Assembly: GCF_964194155.1 (NCBI RefSeq)
Contig: NC_135897.1
Span: 70,866,001-70,930,000, forward strand
DNA length: 64,000 nt
From: Cetorhinus maximus
Lineage: Eukaryota
Reading direction: 5' to 3'
Within the stretch, counting starts at the first letter, position 1; every line of letters starts with the position of its first letter. This document shows, one piece after another, positions 12,720 through 26,200 of the stretch. Both the position numbers and the translations under genes were made by a program. Under the pieces are notes generated by a model. That model saw nothing but the letters and a program-made list of their open reading frames with translations, did not search any database and was not told the DNA's origin.

Positions 12720-14214
12720 ATGAAGGAGCACAGCAATGGTAAATGCTGTAAAAGATTCTTAAGGGCAAACCTTAGAGAGCAACTGAGGTCCCACCACAGC
12801 AAATGGAAGCAACTGGAAGGCTCGTTGTGCTCCCAAAGACAGTTTTATTATCAGCAGAAGCAGCGTCTGTGGCTGTCAATCAGGAAAAAACGGGTCAAGT
12901 CTGTGCTAAGAAAGGCCCTTTCGAATTGTCAACAGTGCAGATCTGTGAAAAACACCAGATGTTTGAAGGCGACACAGAAGGAAACGGCGTTGTTCACCTC
13001 GAGCATCAATGACACACCAACCGAAGAAACATGTATACCAACCTTGGCAACCCATGAGGAAGGAGAGAGTAAGGGACATGAAATTTGTGAAGCTTGGAAC
13101 AGCAATGCTGTAGCCCCAGATTTCGACTGTAAATCAACAATTTTATATTGTAAAGCAGTATCGAGAAATCTAACAGTACCTGCAAAGGTAGCTTGCCCCA
13201 AATCCCAACGAAAGAATAACAGTGGGCTTCAGGACAAGATTATAAATCAGAAGCTATTAAATGGTTACAAAAGAATAGACTTCCAAGGGAGCAAAGAGCC
13301 CATGTCCAATAGTTTACCTCGCAAGACAAAGCGGCAGCTGAAAGGGCACAAAATCTGTCTGCTCTACAGGAAACCTTCTCTCTTTAGCTTCCGTTTTAGA
13401 ATATTAAATAATCAAAACAGGCGGAAAAAGTTTACCAGTCAAAGGCAAGAGAAGCTAAACTGGGCGCAATCTTCAAATCCAAAAAAGGCTGGCCGATGTT
13501 TGGATAAAATGGCATGTGATATGTCTTCTCTGTCACCTCCCAAAGGTGAAGATTCCAGTGAGAATGTGCAGTTTGCTTCAGATCAGAATAGTAGTACACC
13601 AGAGACAATGAAACAAGACAAGAATTCCTGCCTGACTAATTGCTGTGAAGTTTCACTTTTGCCTCTTGATGAGAGGATGGATACTTCACAAACGCAGGAG
13701 GCCATGCCTCATTTTGTTCATTCAAACGAAAAGCTTGTTGAACATAATCAAACAGTCGATGAAAATGCGAAGGCAGTGTTCCCTCCCTCGAGCCCTCTTG
13801 GATTGGATACTACTTGTGCCAACCAGCTTGTGGGTGCAGATGAGTGGTCTAAAAGCGACGGGGCATCCCAGTTGTTTACCGTCTCTCAGGAGAGACTTTC
13901 AAGCCAAACCCCAGTGAGTGATGGGGAGATGCAGGTCATCAATGCCACAATGGACTCAAGTCCTGTATCATGTAGACACACAAACGCTTCTCTTAATGAA
14001 TCTGGCCAGTCCGTATGTTTGCAAAGTGGTGAGCCATGTCCTGTGCTTCAACCGCAGCTGATGGACCACATTTACTATAGATCTACCAAGGAACAAGCTG
14101 AGCACGCATCAGTGAGGTCTGAACTGCCAGCTAGAAGTCAGGCCGAAAAGGAAAAAGAGAATGAATCTCAGACCTGCTCTGTTGCCAGTGAACAATTAAC
14201 ATCCTGTATTCATG
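12720..14214 (+). CDS. SENP5: SENP5 large first coding exon (N-terminal basic/low-complexity region)
   Basis: Acceptor ttttttcacag ends at 12704; ATG at 12720; long ORF; donor CATG|GTACAG at 14215 (phase 1). Confidence 0.88.
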
Positions 14215-17200
14215 GTACAGTTGCTGGTTTAAGAAAACCTTTCTATTTCTCTCTAAGATTATACAGTACTGTTTTTTAAAAGAACAGTTTGATGAGCAGT
14301 ATATAACTTAGTCAGCAACCCAGGCTGTTGTACTCTATTTGGCACAATGATTCAAATGGGGTATGTCACTTGAAAGAAAAAGTGCTCCCATAACCACCCT
14401 TTTTTGAAAGAAAGTATGTTATACTTTTTAAATAGTGGTTTTAAAAGAGCTTTTTTTTTAAGCGTTGCTTATTTGAGTCTGATCCTACTGGTTCCACTTC
14501 ACTGCAATTGGCTTAGCTGTCAGATGTAGGTGGTTAATGTTGCATTTCTCATCTGTAGTCCTACAGGCATCTTGTAGAATGGGATTAGTCTGCAACAAGG
14601 CAGGATTATCTTCTGTCTGCCAAAGTAGAAAATAGAGCCTTAAAATGCAAGCCGGAGTCTTGCTCTCATGGGGGAATACCTTTTTCTTATCTTTGGCAGA
14701 TGGTTGGTGAATCACATCGTGCAATTCTATCCATTAAGGAACTCCCAGCTTTGATACCTTGTCTGTTTCTTGAAAATCTTCTAACAAATGTTTGTTCTAA
14801 TGATTGATACTGATGGCATTGTGAAATGGAAGACAAGCTGAGAGGAGTTACTAAGATTGACTGCGTGAGGAAGTTGCATGAATGCTTCAGGTACAACCTG
14901 GAACTTTGATTGCGAGCTTCAAATGGACAACCTCATCTCAGTACCTCCACTGTGTTACTTCCTCTGAAATTGCTTGAACAAAAATATTTTTAAACAAAAG
15001 AGTCTGTTACAGTTGATCATAATCTGCATTTTTTTTGTAAAACAGTTTGGATAGTGACCATTTTATTTTTTGCTGATCTTCTCAACCTAATCTCCCCAAT
15101 ATTTCTGCCAGTTCCGGTGTTTATTGTTTCTCAGTAAAGACTTGGAGCCTGCAATTTTTTGGCCCCTGGTTCGCCACTAAACGTAAGAGGGCGGTACTTC
15201 CAACTGCCATTCAACCTTTACATTGACACCTTCCAAAATTTCAGAGCTGGGCTCATTTACATAAAGGGATGAGTTCCCAAAGGATTTACAGTGCTCCCTG
15301 GAGCTTTGCTCCATGCTTGGGTGGTGTTGATTTTGGAGCAGCATTTCAGACCGTTGAGCCAAAAACAACAACTTTTAAACTGCTGTTTTCCTGTTGCTTT
15401 CTTAGTGCAATTGATGGCTCCACCAAAACCCAGTAAATATCTGTATCATGCATACTTTTCAGTGTCAATTAGGATGGAATTTCTGGCGGGTTGATGGGCG
15501 GGGGTGGGGGGGGATGTTGGACGCGTTACTTTGTGATGTTCAGTGATCACGCCAGAAGGGTGCCAGGTGCATGACATGCCCAATTGCCTCGCACTAGTCC
15601 TGCACCTCTTTAGAAAATCTGTTCATGGGGAGCAAGGGGCAAAGTTCCAACAGAACTGGGCCATGTCCCAGCACCCCCCTCCAAGGCCTAGGAGTTTCAG
15701 GGCTAATCAGCTGACAATAGCAACCTGATATTTCAACTTGAGGGAATTTCCCCTGTTTCTAAACCTTGTCCTGACTGAAGGAATAGAGTCCCATTGCCAG
15801 AGTGACCAATCTTCATGTGTGCGCATGGGCTGTTGGTGTCAACGAGGTGTTTGATGGAGAAAGGGGCATGCGGACAGGAGACTACGCCTGACTGAGCAGT
15901 TGGGAATTCGGTGCTATGGGGCAAAGAGGTGCTCCTTTTTCTGTTTCAGCCTCCAGTAGTTGGTGAGTTTCCTTCCTTGTCTCCTAGCTAGGTGAGTGCA
16001 ACTTTCTATTACTTTAGCTGCCTACATTATTAACTAATTGACTAAATAAATATGGTAGGACAGAAATGGCAAGGTTGGTGGTGTGCTGTGATTACCCCAT
16101 ATGGGAATCTATGAAATGCATTACAATCCTGGACAACCATATCTGCAGAAAGTATCTGCAACTTTAGCTCAAGAGAGGCTGAGCTGGTGTCTGAGTTGTG
16201 AACATTGCGAGGCGTCAGGGAGGGAGAGAGTTACCTGGACACTTTGTTTCAGGAGGCAGTCACACCCTGTAGGTTAGGCCGAACTTTAGAGATGGTCAGT
16301 GGTCAGGTACAGGAGGGTGTGACTACGAGTCAGGCAGGTATAGGGAACCAGTGAGTAGTGATGGAGGAGCCTCAGCCCCTGACTTTGTCCAACGGGTATG
16401 AGGTGCTTGCTATCTGTGTGGATGAGAAAGACTGCAAGATAGATGTGCGGACTGACCATGGCACTAAGGTGAAGGATGCCATTCAAGTAGGGGGAGTGAA
16501 GAGGAATGTGGTAGTGATAGGAGACAGTATAGTCAGCGGATAGATACTCTTCTCTGTAGCCACCACTGGGAGCTCAGAAGGTTGTTGTCTGCTCGGTGCC
16601 AGGGTTAAGGACACCTCGCAGGTGGAGGAGGATCCATTTGTAGTGGCGCACTTGGGAATCAACGACGTGGGTAGAATTAGGAATGATCTGCTAAGAGAAT
16701 TTGAGGAGCTAGGGACCAAATTAAGATGTAGAACATAAAAAGGTAATAGAAGCAGGAGTAGGCCATTCGGCCCTTCGAGCCTGCTCCGCCATTCCGTATG
16801 ATCATGGCTGATCCTCTATCTCAATGTCATATTCCCGCTTTCTCTCCACACCCCTTGATGCCCTAATATCCAAAAAATTATCAATTTCTTTCTTGAATGT
16901 ACTCAGTAGCCTGGCCTCCACATCCTTCTATGGTAGAGAATTCCACAGGTTGAGCACCCTCTGAGTGAAGAAATTTTTCCTCATCTCAGTCCTAAATAGC
17001 CTGCCCCATATCCTGAGACTATGGCCCCTGGTTCTAGACTCCCCAACCAGGGGGAACATCCTCCCTGCACCGAGTCTGTCTAGCCCTGTTAGTATTTTCT
17101 GTTTCAATTGGATCCCCTCATTCTTCTAAATTCTAGTGAATGCAGGCCCAGTCGAACCAATCTCTCCTCCTATGACAGTCCTGCCATCCCCGGTATCAAC

Positions 17201-20200
17201 CTGGTAAACCTTGGCTGCACTCCCTCTATGGCAAGTATATCCTTTCTTAGGTAGGGAGACCAAAACTGCATGCAATACTTCAGGTGTGGTCTCACCAAGG
17301 CCTTGTATAACTGCAGTAAGACATCCCTACTTCTGAACTCAAACCCTCTTGTATTGAAGGCCAACGTACCATTTGCCTTCCTAATTGCTTGCTGCACCTG
17401 CCTGTTTACTTCCATTGACTGGTGTACAAGGGCAACCTGATCCCTTAGTACATCCACATTTCCTAATATATCACCATTTAAATAATACTCTGCCTTTTTG
17501 TCACACCAAAGCGTATAACTTCTCATTTATCCACGTTATACTACACCTGCCATGTGCTTGCCCACATACTACTTGTCTAAATTGCCCTGAAGCCTCCTTG
17601 CATCCTCCTCACAATTCTCAACCCCGCCCAGTTTTGTGTCATCAGCTAACTTGGAAATATTGCATTTGGTTTCCTCATCCAAGCCATTTATATATGTTGT
17701 GAATAACTGGGGCCCAAGCACCGATCCCTGTGGTATACCACTAGTCACTGCCTGCCATCTGGAGGAAGATCCATTTATTCCCACTTTCTGTTTCTGGTCT
17801 GTCAACCAATTCTCAGTCCATGCCAGTATATTACCGCTGATCCCATGTGCTTTAATTTTGCCTATTGGCCTCTTACGTGGGACCTTATCAAAAGCCTTCT
17901 TGGAATCCAAATACACCAGATCCACTGGTTCTTCCTTATCTATTCTACTAGTTACATCCTCTCTGGATTGTTACCTGAGCCACATACAAATTAGCATAGG
18001 GTCAAGCAGATTAGATAATTAAACACGTAGCTCAGAGTGATGTTGGAAGAAGGGGTTTTGGTTCATGGGCACTGACATCAGTACTCTGGGAAGAGTGAGC
18101 TATTCCATTGGGATGGGCCCCACTTGAACCGGGCTGGGCCTAGTGTCCTTGCCAATTATATAACTAGGGCTGTGGACAAGCCTTTAACAGAGTTTAGGAG
18201 GAGCGGGGGTGGGGGGCTAGGGTGAAGGGAGATTTAGAAATCGAAGGCGAAAGATTGAGGCATCAGAACAGTATAGTAATATGAGTAAAGACAAGCAGAG
18301 TGGGTCAGGAAGGGACAGTGTTTAACAAAATTTGTACATCGGCAAATAAGGACATTGCAGGAAATAGAAGTAAACATTGAAATTAAAGGTTCTTTATTTG
18401 AACGCATGAAGCATCTGCAGGGAGATAGATGAACTAGTGACACAAATAGAGATAAATGATTTAGATTTGATCACCATTACAGAGACATGGTTACAGTATT
18501 TCAGAAAGCCAGACAGAATGGCAAAAGAAGAAGGGTAGCCCTGATAGTAAAATACGGCATAAGGGCATTAGTGAGACAGGATCTGGCCTCAGAAAATCAT
18601 GAAATAGAATGAGTGGAAATTAGGAATAGCAAGAGTCAAAAAACACTGGGAGTAGTTTATAGGCCCCCTACCAGTAGTTATACCGTTGGGCAGAGCAATA
18701 AACAAGTAATTATTGGAACAAAAACAAAAATAGCTGGAAAAACTCAGCAGGTCTGACAGCATCTGCGGAGAGGAATACGGTTAACGTTTCGAGTCCGTAT
18801 GACTCTTCATCAGAATTAAGAAATATAGAAATGAGGTGAAATATAAGCCGGTTGAGGGGTGTGGGACAGGTAGAGCTGGGTAGAGGGCCAGTGATGGGTG
18901 GAGGCAAAGAAGAGATAGCCAAAGACGTCATAGACAAAAGGACAAAGGGGTGTTGACCGTCAACAATCTTCGGCAATCTTTTCTTTGCCTCCACCTATCA
19001 CTGACCCTCTACCCAGCTCTACCTGTCCCACCCCCCTCAACCGGCTTATATTTCACCTCATTTCTATATTTCTTAGTTCTGATGAAGAGTCATACGGACT
19101 CGAAACGTTAACTGTATTCCTCTCCGCAGATGCTGTCAGACCTGCTGAGTTTTTCCAGCTGTTTTTGTTTCAGATTTCCAGCATCCGCAGTATTTTGCTT
19201 TTATCTAAGTAATTATTGGAGCTTGTAACAACGGCAATATAATAATTGTGGGGGATTTTAATCTTCACATAGACCGGGACAATCAAATTGGTCGAGAAGA
19301 TGAGTTTGTAGAATGTTTTCGTGACCGTTTATTGGAGCAATATGTTGTGGAATCGACTAGGGATGAAACTATCTTGGATCTAATATTGTGTAATGAAGTA
19401 GGGTTAATTAGAAATATCTTGGTAAAAGATCCTCTGGGAAGTAGTGATCATATCATTGAACTCCATGTTAAGTTTGAAAGTGACATATTCCAATCACAAA
19501 CAAAAATCTTAAACTTAAAGCCAATTACATAGGTATGAGGGGAGAACTGGCTAAGTTTAATTAGATAAATGGACTAAAAGGTATGGGGTAAATGAACAGT
19601 GGGAAACATTTAAAGAAACAATTCAAAATCTTCAACAATAATTCATTCCTTTGAAAAATAAAAACTCAGCAAGAAAGACCAATCCATGGCTCATTCAAGA
19701 AGTTAAGTATAGTATTAGATTAAAAGAAGAGGTTTACAATGTCGCAAAAAACAGTAGCAAGTCTGAAGATTGGGAGTGATTTAGAAAGCAGCAGAGGGCT
19801 ACCAAAAAGTTGATTAAAAGGGAAAAAATAGAGTATGAGAATAAACTAGCCAGGAATATAAAAAATTGTAAGAGCTTTTTGTAAGTATATAAAGAGGAAG
19901 AGAACTAAAGTAAACATTGGCCCCTTAGAAGCAGAGACATTGGGGAATGAGGAAATAGCAGAGACATTGAGCAAATATTTTGTGCCTGTCTTCACAGTAG
20001 AAGACAGGTTTCATACCAGAAATAGACGGTAACCTAAGGTCTAAAAAGAATGAGGAAATTAATATCAACAGAGAAAGAGTATTGGCGAAACTGGAGGGAC
20101 CAAAATCTGACAAATCCCCAGGACCTGATGGCCTACACCCTAGGGTTCTCAGAGAGAGCTGCAGAGATAGTGGATGTGCTGGCTATGATTTTCCAAAATT

Positions 20201-23200
20201 CCTTAGATTCGGGAAAAGTCCTATAAGATTGGAAGTTGGCAGACGTTACGCTACTTTTCAAGAAAGGAGGGAGAGAGAAAACAATGAACTACAGATCAGT
20301 TAGCCTAACATCAGTTGTTGGGAAAATGCTTGAATCTATTATTAAGGAAGTCTTAACAATGCACTTAGAAAAGCATAGTATAATTAGAACAAGTCAACAT
20401 GGCTTTACTAAGGAGAATTCCTGTTTGACAAATTTATTAGTTTTTTTGAGGATGTAACTAGTAGGGTAGGTAAAGGGGAACCAGTAGATGGACCATACCT
20501 GGATTTCCAAAAAGCATTTGATAAGGTGCCACACTAAAGATTAATAAGCAAAATAAGAGTTCAAGGATTTGGGGGTAGTATTTTAACATGGATTGGTTAA
20601 GGGATAGAACGCAGAGGGTGGCCAAAAACGGGGCTTTCTCAAGTTGGCAAGCAATGAACGGTGGAGTTCCGCAAGGATCAATGCTGGGCCTTCAGCTATT
20701 TGCAATCTATATTAATAACTTGGATGAAGAGATAGATTAATGCATCAAAGTTTGCTGATGATACGAAGCTAAGTGGGAAGGTAAGCTGTGGGGAGGAAAT
20801 GGTGGGGCTGCAAAGAGACAGGTTAATTGTGTGGGCAACAAGATGGCAGATGGAGTATAATGTAGGGAAATGTGAAGTTATTCATTTTGGTCATAAGAAT
20901 ATAAAAGCAGAATATTTTTTAAAAAGTGGTGAAACTTGTAAGTGTTGATGTTTAAAGAGACTTGGGTGTGCTTGTACAAGGAACGGAGGTATGGCAAGCA
21001 ATTAGGAAGGCAAATGGCATGTTGGCCTTTATTGCAAGGGGACTAGAGTGCAAGAATAAAGAAGTCTTGCTACAGTTGTACAAGGTTTTTGTGAGACCAC
21101 ATCTGGAATACTGTGCTGTTTTGGGTCTGCATTTAAGAAAGGATGTATTTGCATTGGAGGCAGTACAGTGAAGGTTCACTAGATTGCTCCCTGGCATGAG
21201 GGCGTTGTCCTATGATGAGAGGCTAAATAAATTGGGCTTTCATTTTTCTAAACTTCAGAGAATGTGAGCCAATCTCATTGAAACCTACAAAATTCTGAGG
21301 GGGCTTGATAGGATAGAAGCTGAGAAATTGTTCCCTCCGGTTGGGGAGTCAAACAAGGGGGCACAGACTCAGGATAAGGGGCCAATCATTTAGGACTGAG
21401 ATGAGGAGAAATTACTTGGGTTGTGAATCTTTGGAATTATCTACCTCAGAGGGTTGTGGATGCTTAATTGTTGAATACTTTAAATTTGGGATAGACAGAT
21501 TTTTGGCTTTGCAGGGAATTAACGGATATGAGGAGCAGGTGGGAAAATGGAGTTGAAGCCCAAGATCAGCCATGATTGTATTGATTGGCGGAGCAGGCTC
21601 GATGGGCGATATGGTCTACTCATGCTCCCATTTCTTGTGGCCTTGTGACAGGAAAGAGTACAATAGCTAAGTCTGACCCGCCATTCACATATGCAACCCG
21701 CTTGAGTTTTTCCAGCAATTTCTGTTTTTATCACTCAAATGTTGACGTGAGAAATAGGAGTAATTCATGTCTGTTTATAATCTAAATCACAATTCTGTGA
21801 TTCCGTGGGGATGTGTATATCGTTTTTATAGTTGATATTTTTGATCTTAAAGAAAAACTTATCAGAAATATTATAATCGCACATTCTCAGTTACCTTCTT
21901 GGGAGGAGACACCCAAAACAAATTTCAATAGCTCACATATATCAATCCCTTAATAACGTCACCGCCCTCTTGTGCTACTTTTGGGCCAGGTGGAGTTATA
22001 GATATAATAGAAGCAAATAGCATCTCTTACTGTACCATGCACCACCTAGAAACCAGGGCTGAGAAAGCACAGCTGCAAGTTATATTTGAAAATGTACCAG
22101 GTGCAGTCTGTCACGCTAGGTCACCAACCCAGTAGGCGCCAAAGATTTCTTCAATAGCCAGTGAGCATGATGAGTGCTCAGTAAACTCTATAACTGGTTG
22201 TTTCTGCTACTCTTTTAGTGTGTGATTACTTCCAGACTATAAGTAATGCTGGGCAATGTACTTTCCTGATCTATATTTTCTTTCTCAGCTTTCCTAGATG
22301 AGTTTTTGAGAAAGTATGGGAGTCTTATCCCACTTACCGAGAATGATGTTCTGATGAAGCTAGAGCAGATCTTTCATCAAGATTTCCTTGACAGGTATGT
22401 GTGATAGAGAACACCTTGTGATGAGTCCTTGAATAATTTTCCTGATTCATTTGAAAAGTTTGAGATGCACCATGCCCTTAAGATTTAGCTTTTGTAAAGG
22501 GGTAACTTTTTATTTGACAAATAGCTTAGTTAGCAAAAATGTCACAGGATTCAAACTTGTGCTGAACCAAGTTCATTCAATGGTAAGGTAGTAAGGGTGG
22601 TGGAGAGAACTCTGTAACCCACCACTAAAGCATGTACATTGTACTCTGCTGACATGAGCAAAGCTTCTGCATATTTGCAAATTGTCTGAAAAGGAATATA
22701 ATGTAAGGAGTTCCTTGTTTTTGATCTGTTGGATTATTTTTTCTCGATCATTTTCTTCCCTTTCCATTAAGCTCCCCTTATTCTCTCCTCTTCTCTAGGT
22801 CCCTTGCAAATATTTGTCTTTTTGCTTGCTTCATTTCAGTAGTTAGAAATTTGTGCAAAATAGCCAAAGCGGCATTAGACTGCTTTATCGGAACTGCTAG
22901 ATTCTGCAGAGAAAACATCTAATAAAATAGACCTTCCAGCTGTGATTTGTCTGAGAGCATATGGCTATCATTGTGTTACGTGTAACTATATATATTAATA
23001 TATAGAATTACTTGTGAAATGCAGCTACTCTTGTGTAGGGAAATGCAGCACTGTTTACGGTTACAACCCAAATACTTCCCTTTTTGTAACCACCACCAAG
23101 CAGAAACCTATTTCTGCTGAAAAGTTGAGATATTTGGCTGCGATGTTGTCCACAATGAAACATCCTGGCAACATTCACAGTCTTGGCTCCCACTTGTGAG

Positions 23201-26200
23201 GTACTTGATTCTGCTGTTACCCATGCAACCAAACCTCAGTGACAGTTGGTCCTTTCAGCTAAGAAGGGAAGAAAATGCATTTTTTTTTTAAAAAAAACAT
23301 TTTTTTAAAGTACCCTTCACAAGTCTGACATAAAGCTCCTCTTTGTACTTCTATGAAAAATGTGACCTTTAAGAGTCTTGCTCATTCCAAATATGGCCCT
23401 CTGTAGTACAGAGGCCATGTTAAATTGTATCCTCTATTTTCTGTGTATTTCAGGAAGGTCTTCATCCGGATGGAAATACGAAAGTATCAGAAAGCACAGG
23501 TGAACAAACCAGTGTCCGGTTTCCAAGTGGTTTACAACAAGCACGTTTTGACTTTGGATGACCTAGCTACGCTTTATGGAGAGAATTGGTTGAACGATCA
23601 GGTCAGACAAGGGGGCAAGCTGTGCCAGAAATGTTTACCTGTAATAGATTTTTGTGAGGGTCACATGAACCTCAGAAAAGTGACAACTTGTTTTATTGGC
23701 AGAGTGAGGTTGGGGCATAAACATATAAACGTGAGCTATATTTAGATTAAGGGAAGGTTAGAATCTTGTAGCCACCGTCTACCACCTTATGTATCATTTT
23801 ATAATCCCCACTGCTAGCGTAATATATTTTTTACATTATTGAATGCAGGTGTCATCTTGGCTAAATGGATCAATAGTAGTGAACGAACAATTAATTGTCC
23901 GGTTTCCTTGCAGGTAATAAACATGTATGGAGAACTGATTGTAGATGCAGTACCAGATAAGGTGGGTTCATGGACCATAATACTAAAGGCTAACCTTTGG
24001 TAGAAAGTCCATTATTATAATTTTGATGGCGTGACTCACTGTTTCATTCATAGTTCCTTGGTGTTCATATCTTTCAATTATAACGAACTAAGGTGTTGCG
24101 ACAGAGTTATCCGGCTCGTTCACCTGCAGAAAATACCAAAAATGCCCTAAGAATATGTTGCCTTCCTGATTAATCAGGAATGATATGGGACAAAAACGCA
24201 CAGACACTTCGCTCAGTTAAAACAATGAATCGCGGGTTTGTGAATAACAGGAAGTTTCAAGTCTAATCCCAGCTTGTTTTGAGTTAGGTGATCTCATCTC
24301 GAGGGGCAATACTAGTGCTTTAGTGCCCCTGGTTAAAATATGGGAAAATCCACAAGCTTGAGTGCTATCCAGCAATTGCTACTGGGGTTGCACATGTGTG
24401 GGTGGGCCTGTGAGGGTGGGATCAGGCTCAGCTGTGATGCAGACAAAATGTCGCTGTCCGACACTTGTGAAAATTGGCTACTGCAGTGAGGGTGGTTGGA
24501 ATCTTTATTGAACTTACTTTGGCAGCTATTAATGCGTTCAGGAGAGATTGGGGGAATAAATCTGGCCAAAAAGTGGGCAATATATTGCACACGTTCTAAA
24601 CTCCAGGTGGCAGGAGAAACCAGGAAACCTCATGTTAAACAGATTTCTGCTTCATTAATTTTGCTTATTCCCCTTTCCAGGTTCATTTCTTCAATAGCTT
24701 CTTTTACAAGCAGCTTCAAACTAAAGGATACAACGGAGTGAAGAGGTGGACGAAAAAGGTGAGTCATTGAGGGAGTGGATTGTGGCAGCTAGCGGGGTTT
24801 TTACAAGTTCAGCGTAGTTTAGGAAAACCATTATTGAGTTGTTGTGGAAGCTAGCGATGTTGTGGTGAATGCCATGGGGTACTCAGAACACTTCCTTCCA
24901 AATTATAGTGTTGTTCCTTGCCCCTCTCTTTCTTTATTTCTCTCTCTTTTTCTTTCTCTCTCTCTCTTTTTCTCTTTTCTCTCTCTCTCTCTCTCTCTTT
25001 CACTGGGATTATGGGGGAACAGTATTAAAAAGTTTTTAAAATTAGACGTGAATGAATCAGAGGTTTCAAATTTTGGGGGTGCTACCTTGTGGATGGAAAT
25101 TCCAACAACACTGTGGACCAAAATGGCATTAAAATTGTCTCCTTTAATGATCAACATGCTAAAGCAGAGTACATCAGAATAGACAGGATTGTTTCCTAAT
25201 TCTACACTTAAAAAAAACCTCTCATTCCCTGTTCATGTTTTTAAGAGAAATCTTAGAAATTGTCTTTTTCTCTTCCATTCCAAAACCAGCGGTAGAACCC
25301 CCAAAACCATTTTTGTTACGTTTTTCTACATTGCCTCTGCCTTCGCGTAAGTTTGCTTCTGTGATATTCAAGCTGCAGGTTCTTGTTTTCTTCAGACAAC
25401 TTGTCTGCCTAACTGGAAGATTTTTTATTTGTCTTTCTTTTTAGGTGGATTTATTCAGTAAAGCCCTGTTACTAATTCCTATTCATTTGGAAATCCATTG
25501 GTCATTGCTAACAGTTGATCTTCCAAATAGGAAAATTTGTCTCTATGATTCTCAAGGCATCCATTTTAATTCCTGTGTTCAGGTAAGGCAATTGTTTGAA
25601 TAGTTTCTGGTCACTTCTCTTAATCCCTTTTTGTTGTCCCTTCTTGAAGGCAGTGACCTGCTGGAATCTGGTTACTTTTACTGATAGAAGCCCCTGTTTT
25701 GAATCCTCATTTGTGTTTTCATGCAAAAGCCTATGCAGTGAATAGTAGCAGACCATTCAACTAGGGAGCTTGATCCTCTCCTTGCGTGCCCATTTCAAGT
25801 TGCACGATATCAGCTATAAGGAAGAATCCTGCCTAGGGCTGGCAAGGACAGTTGTAGCATTCCCAATGTGAACAGTTAATTCAGTGCAGGCAAGGGATTG
25901 AACCTTTCTTTTGCACAGCATTTTGTTTCTCAGAGTAGCCATTCTCCAGAAGTTGTTTCCTCTAGGTTGAAAAATGGCCAGGTGGAGTTCTGACTGATGG
26001 TAAAGGCCTTTTCAGATATTTGGATACAGAAAGATGATGTCTGTGCAGTTTACATATGAGCATTTCATATTTACAATTGGGATGTAACTTCTTGTATTTT
26101 AAAATACATTTGTCTTGTGTTAAGGAATCTTATCACAATATAAAATTAAATGAACTATGTACCCTTGTATCAAGGCGATTTCCATATTAAAGCCACCAAG

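Larger units (their letters stand above)
15830..21647 (+). mobile_element. Near full-length degraded CR1 LINE (ORF1 zinc finger plus SGNH esterase; ORF2 APE plus RT) with two nested insertions
   Basis: [58 protein letters not shown]-like motifs; CR1 3' tail at ~21560-21647. Many stops and frameshifts. Confidence 0.92.

Noticed and set aside
14215-14279. ORF-track extension of the 519-aa ORF
   Set aside because: Read-through into the intron; the donor at 14215 gives the correct phase for exon 3.
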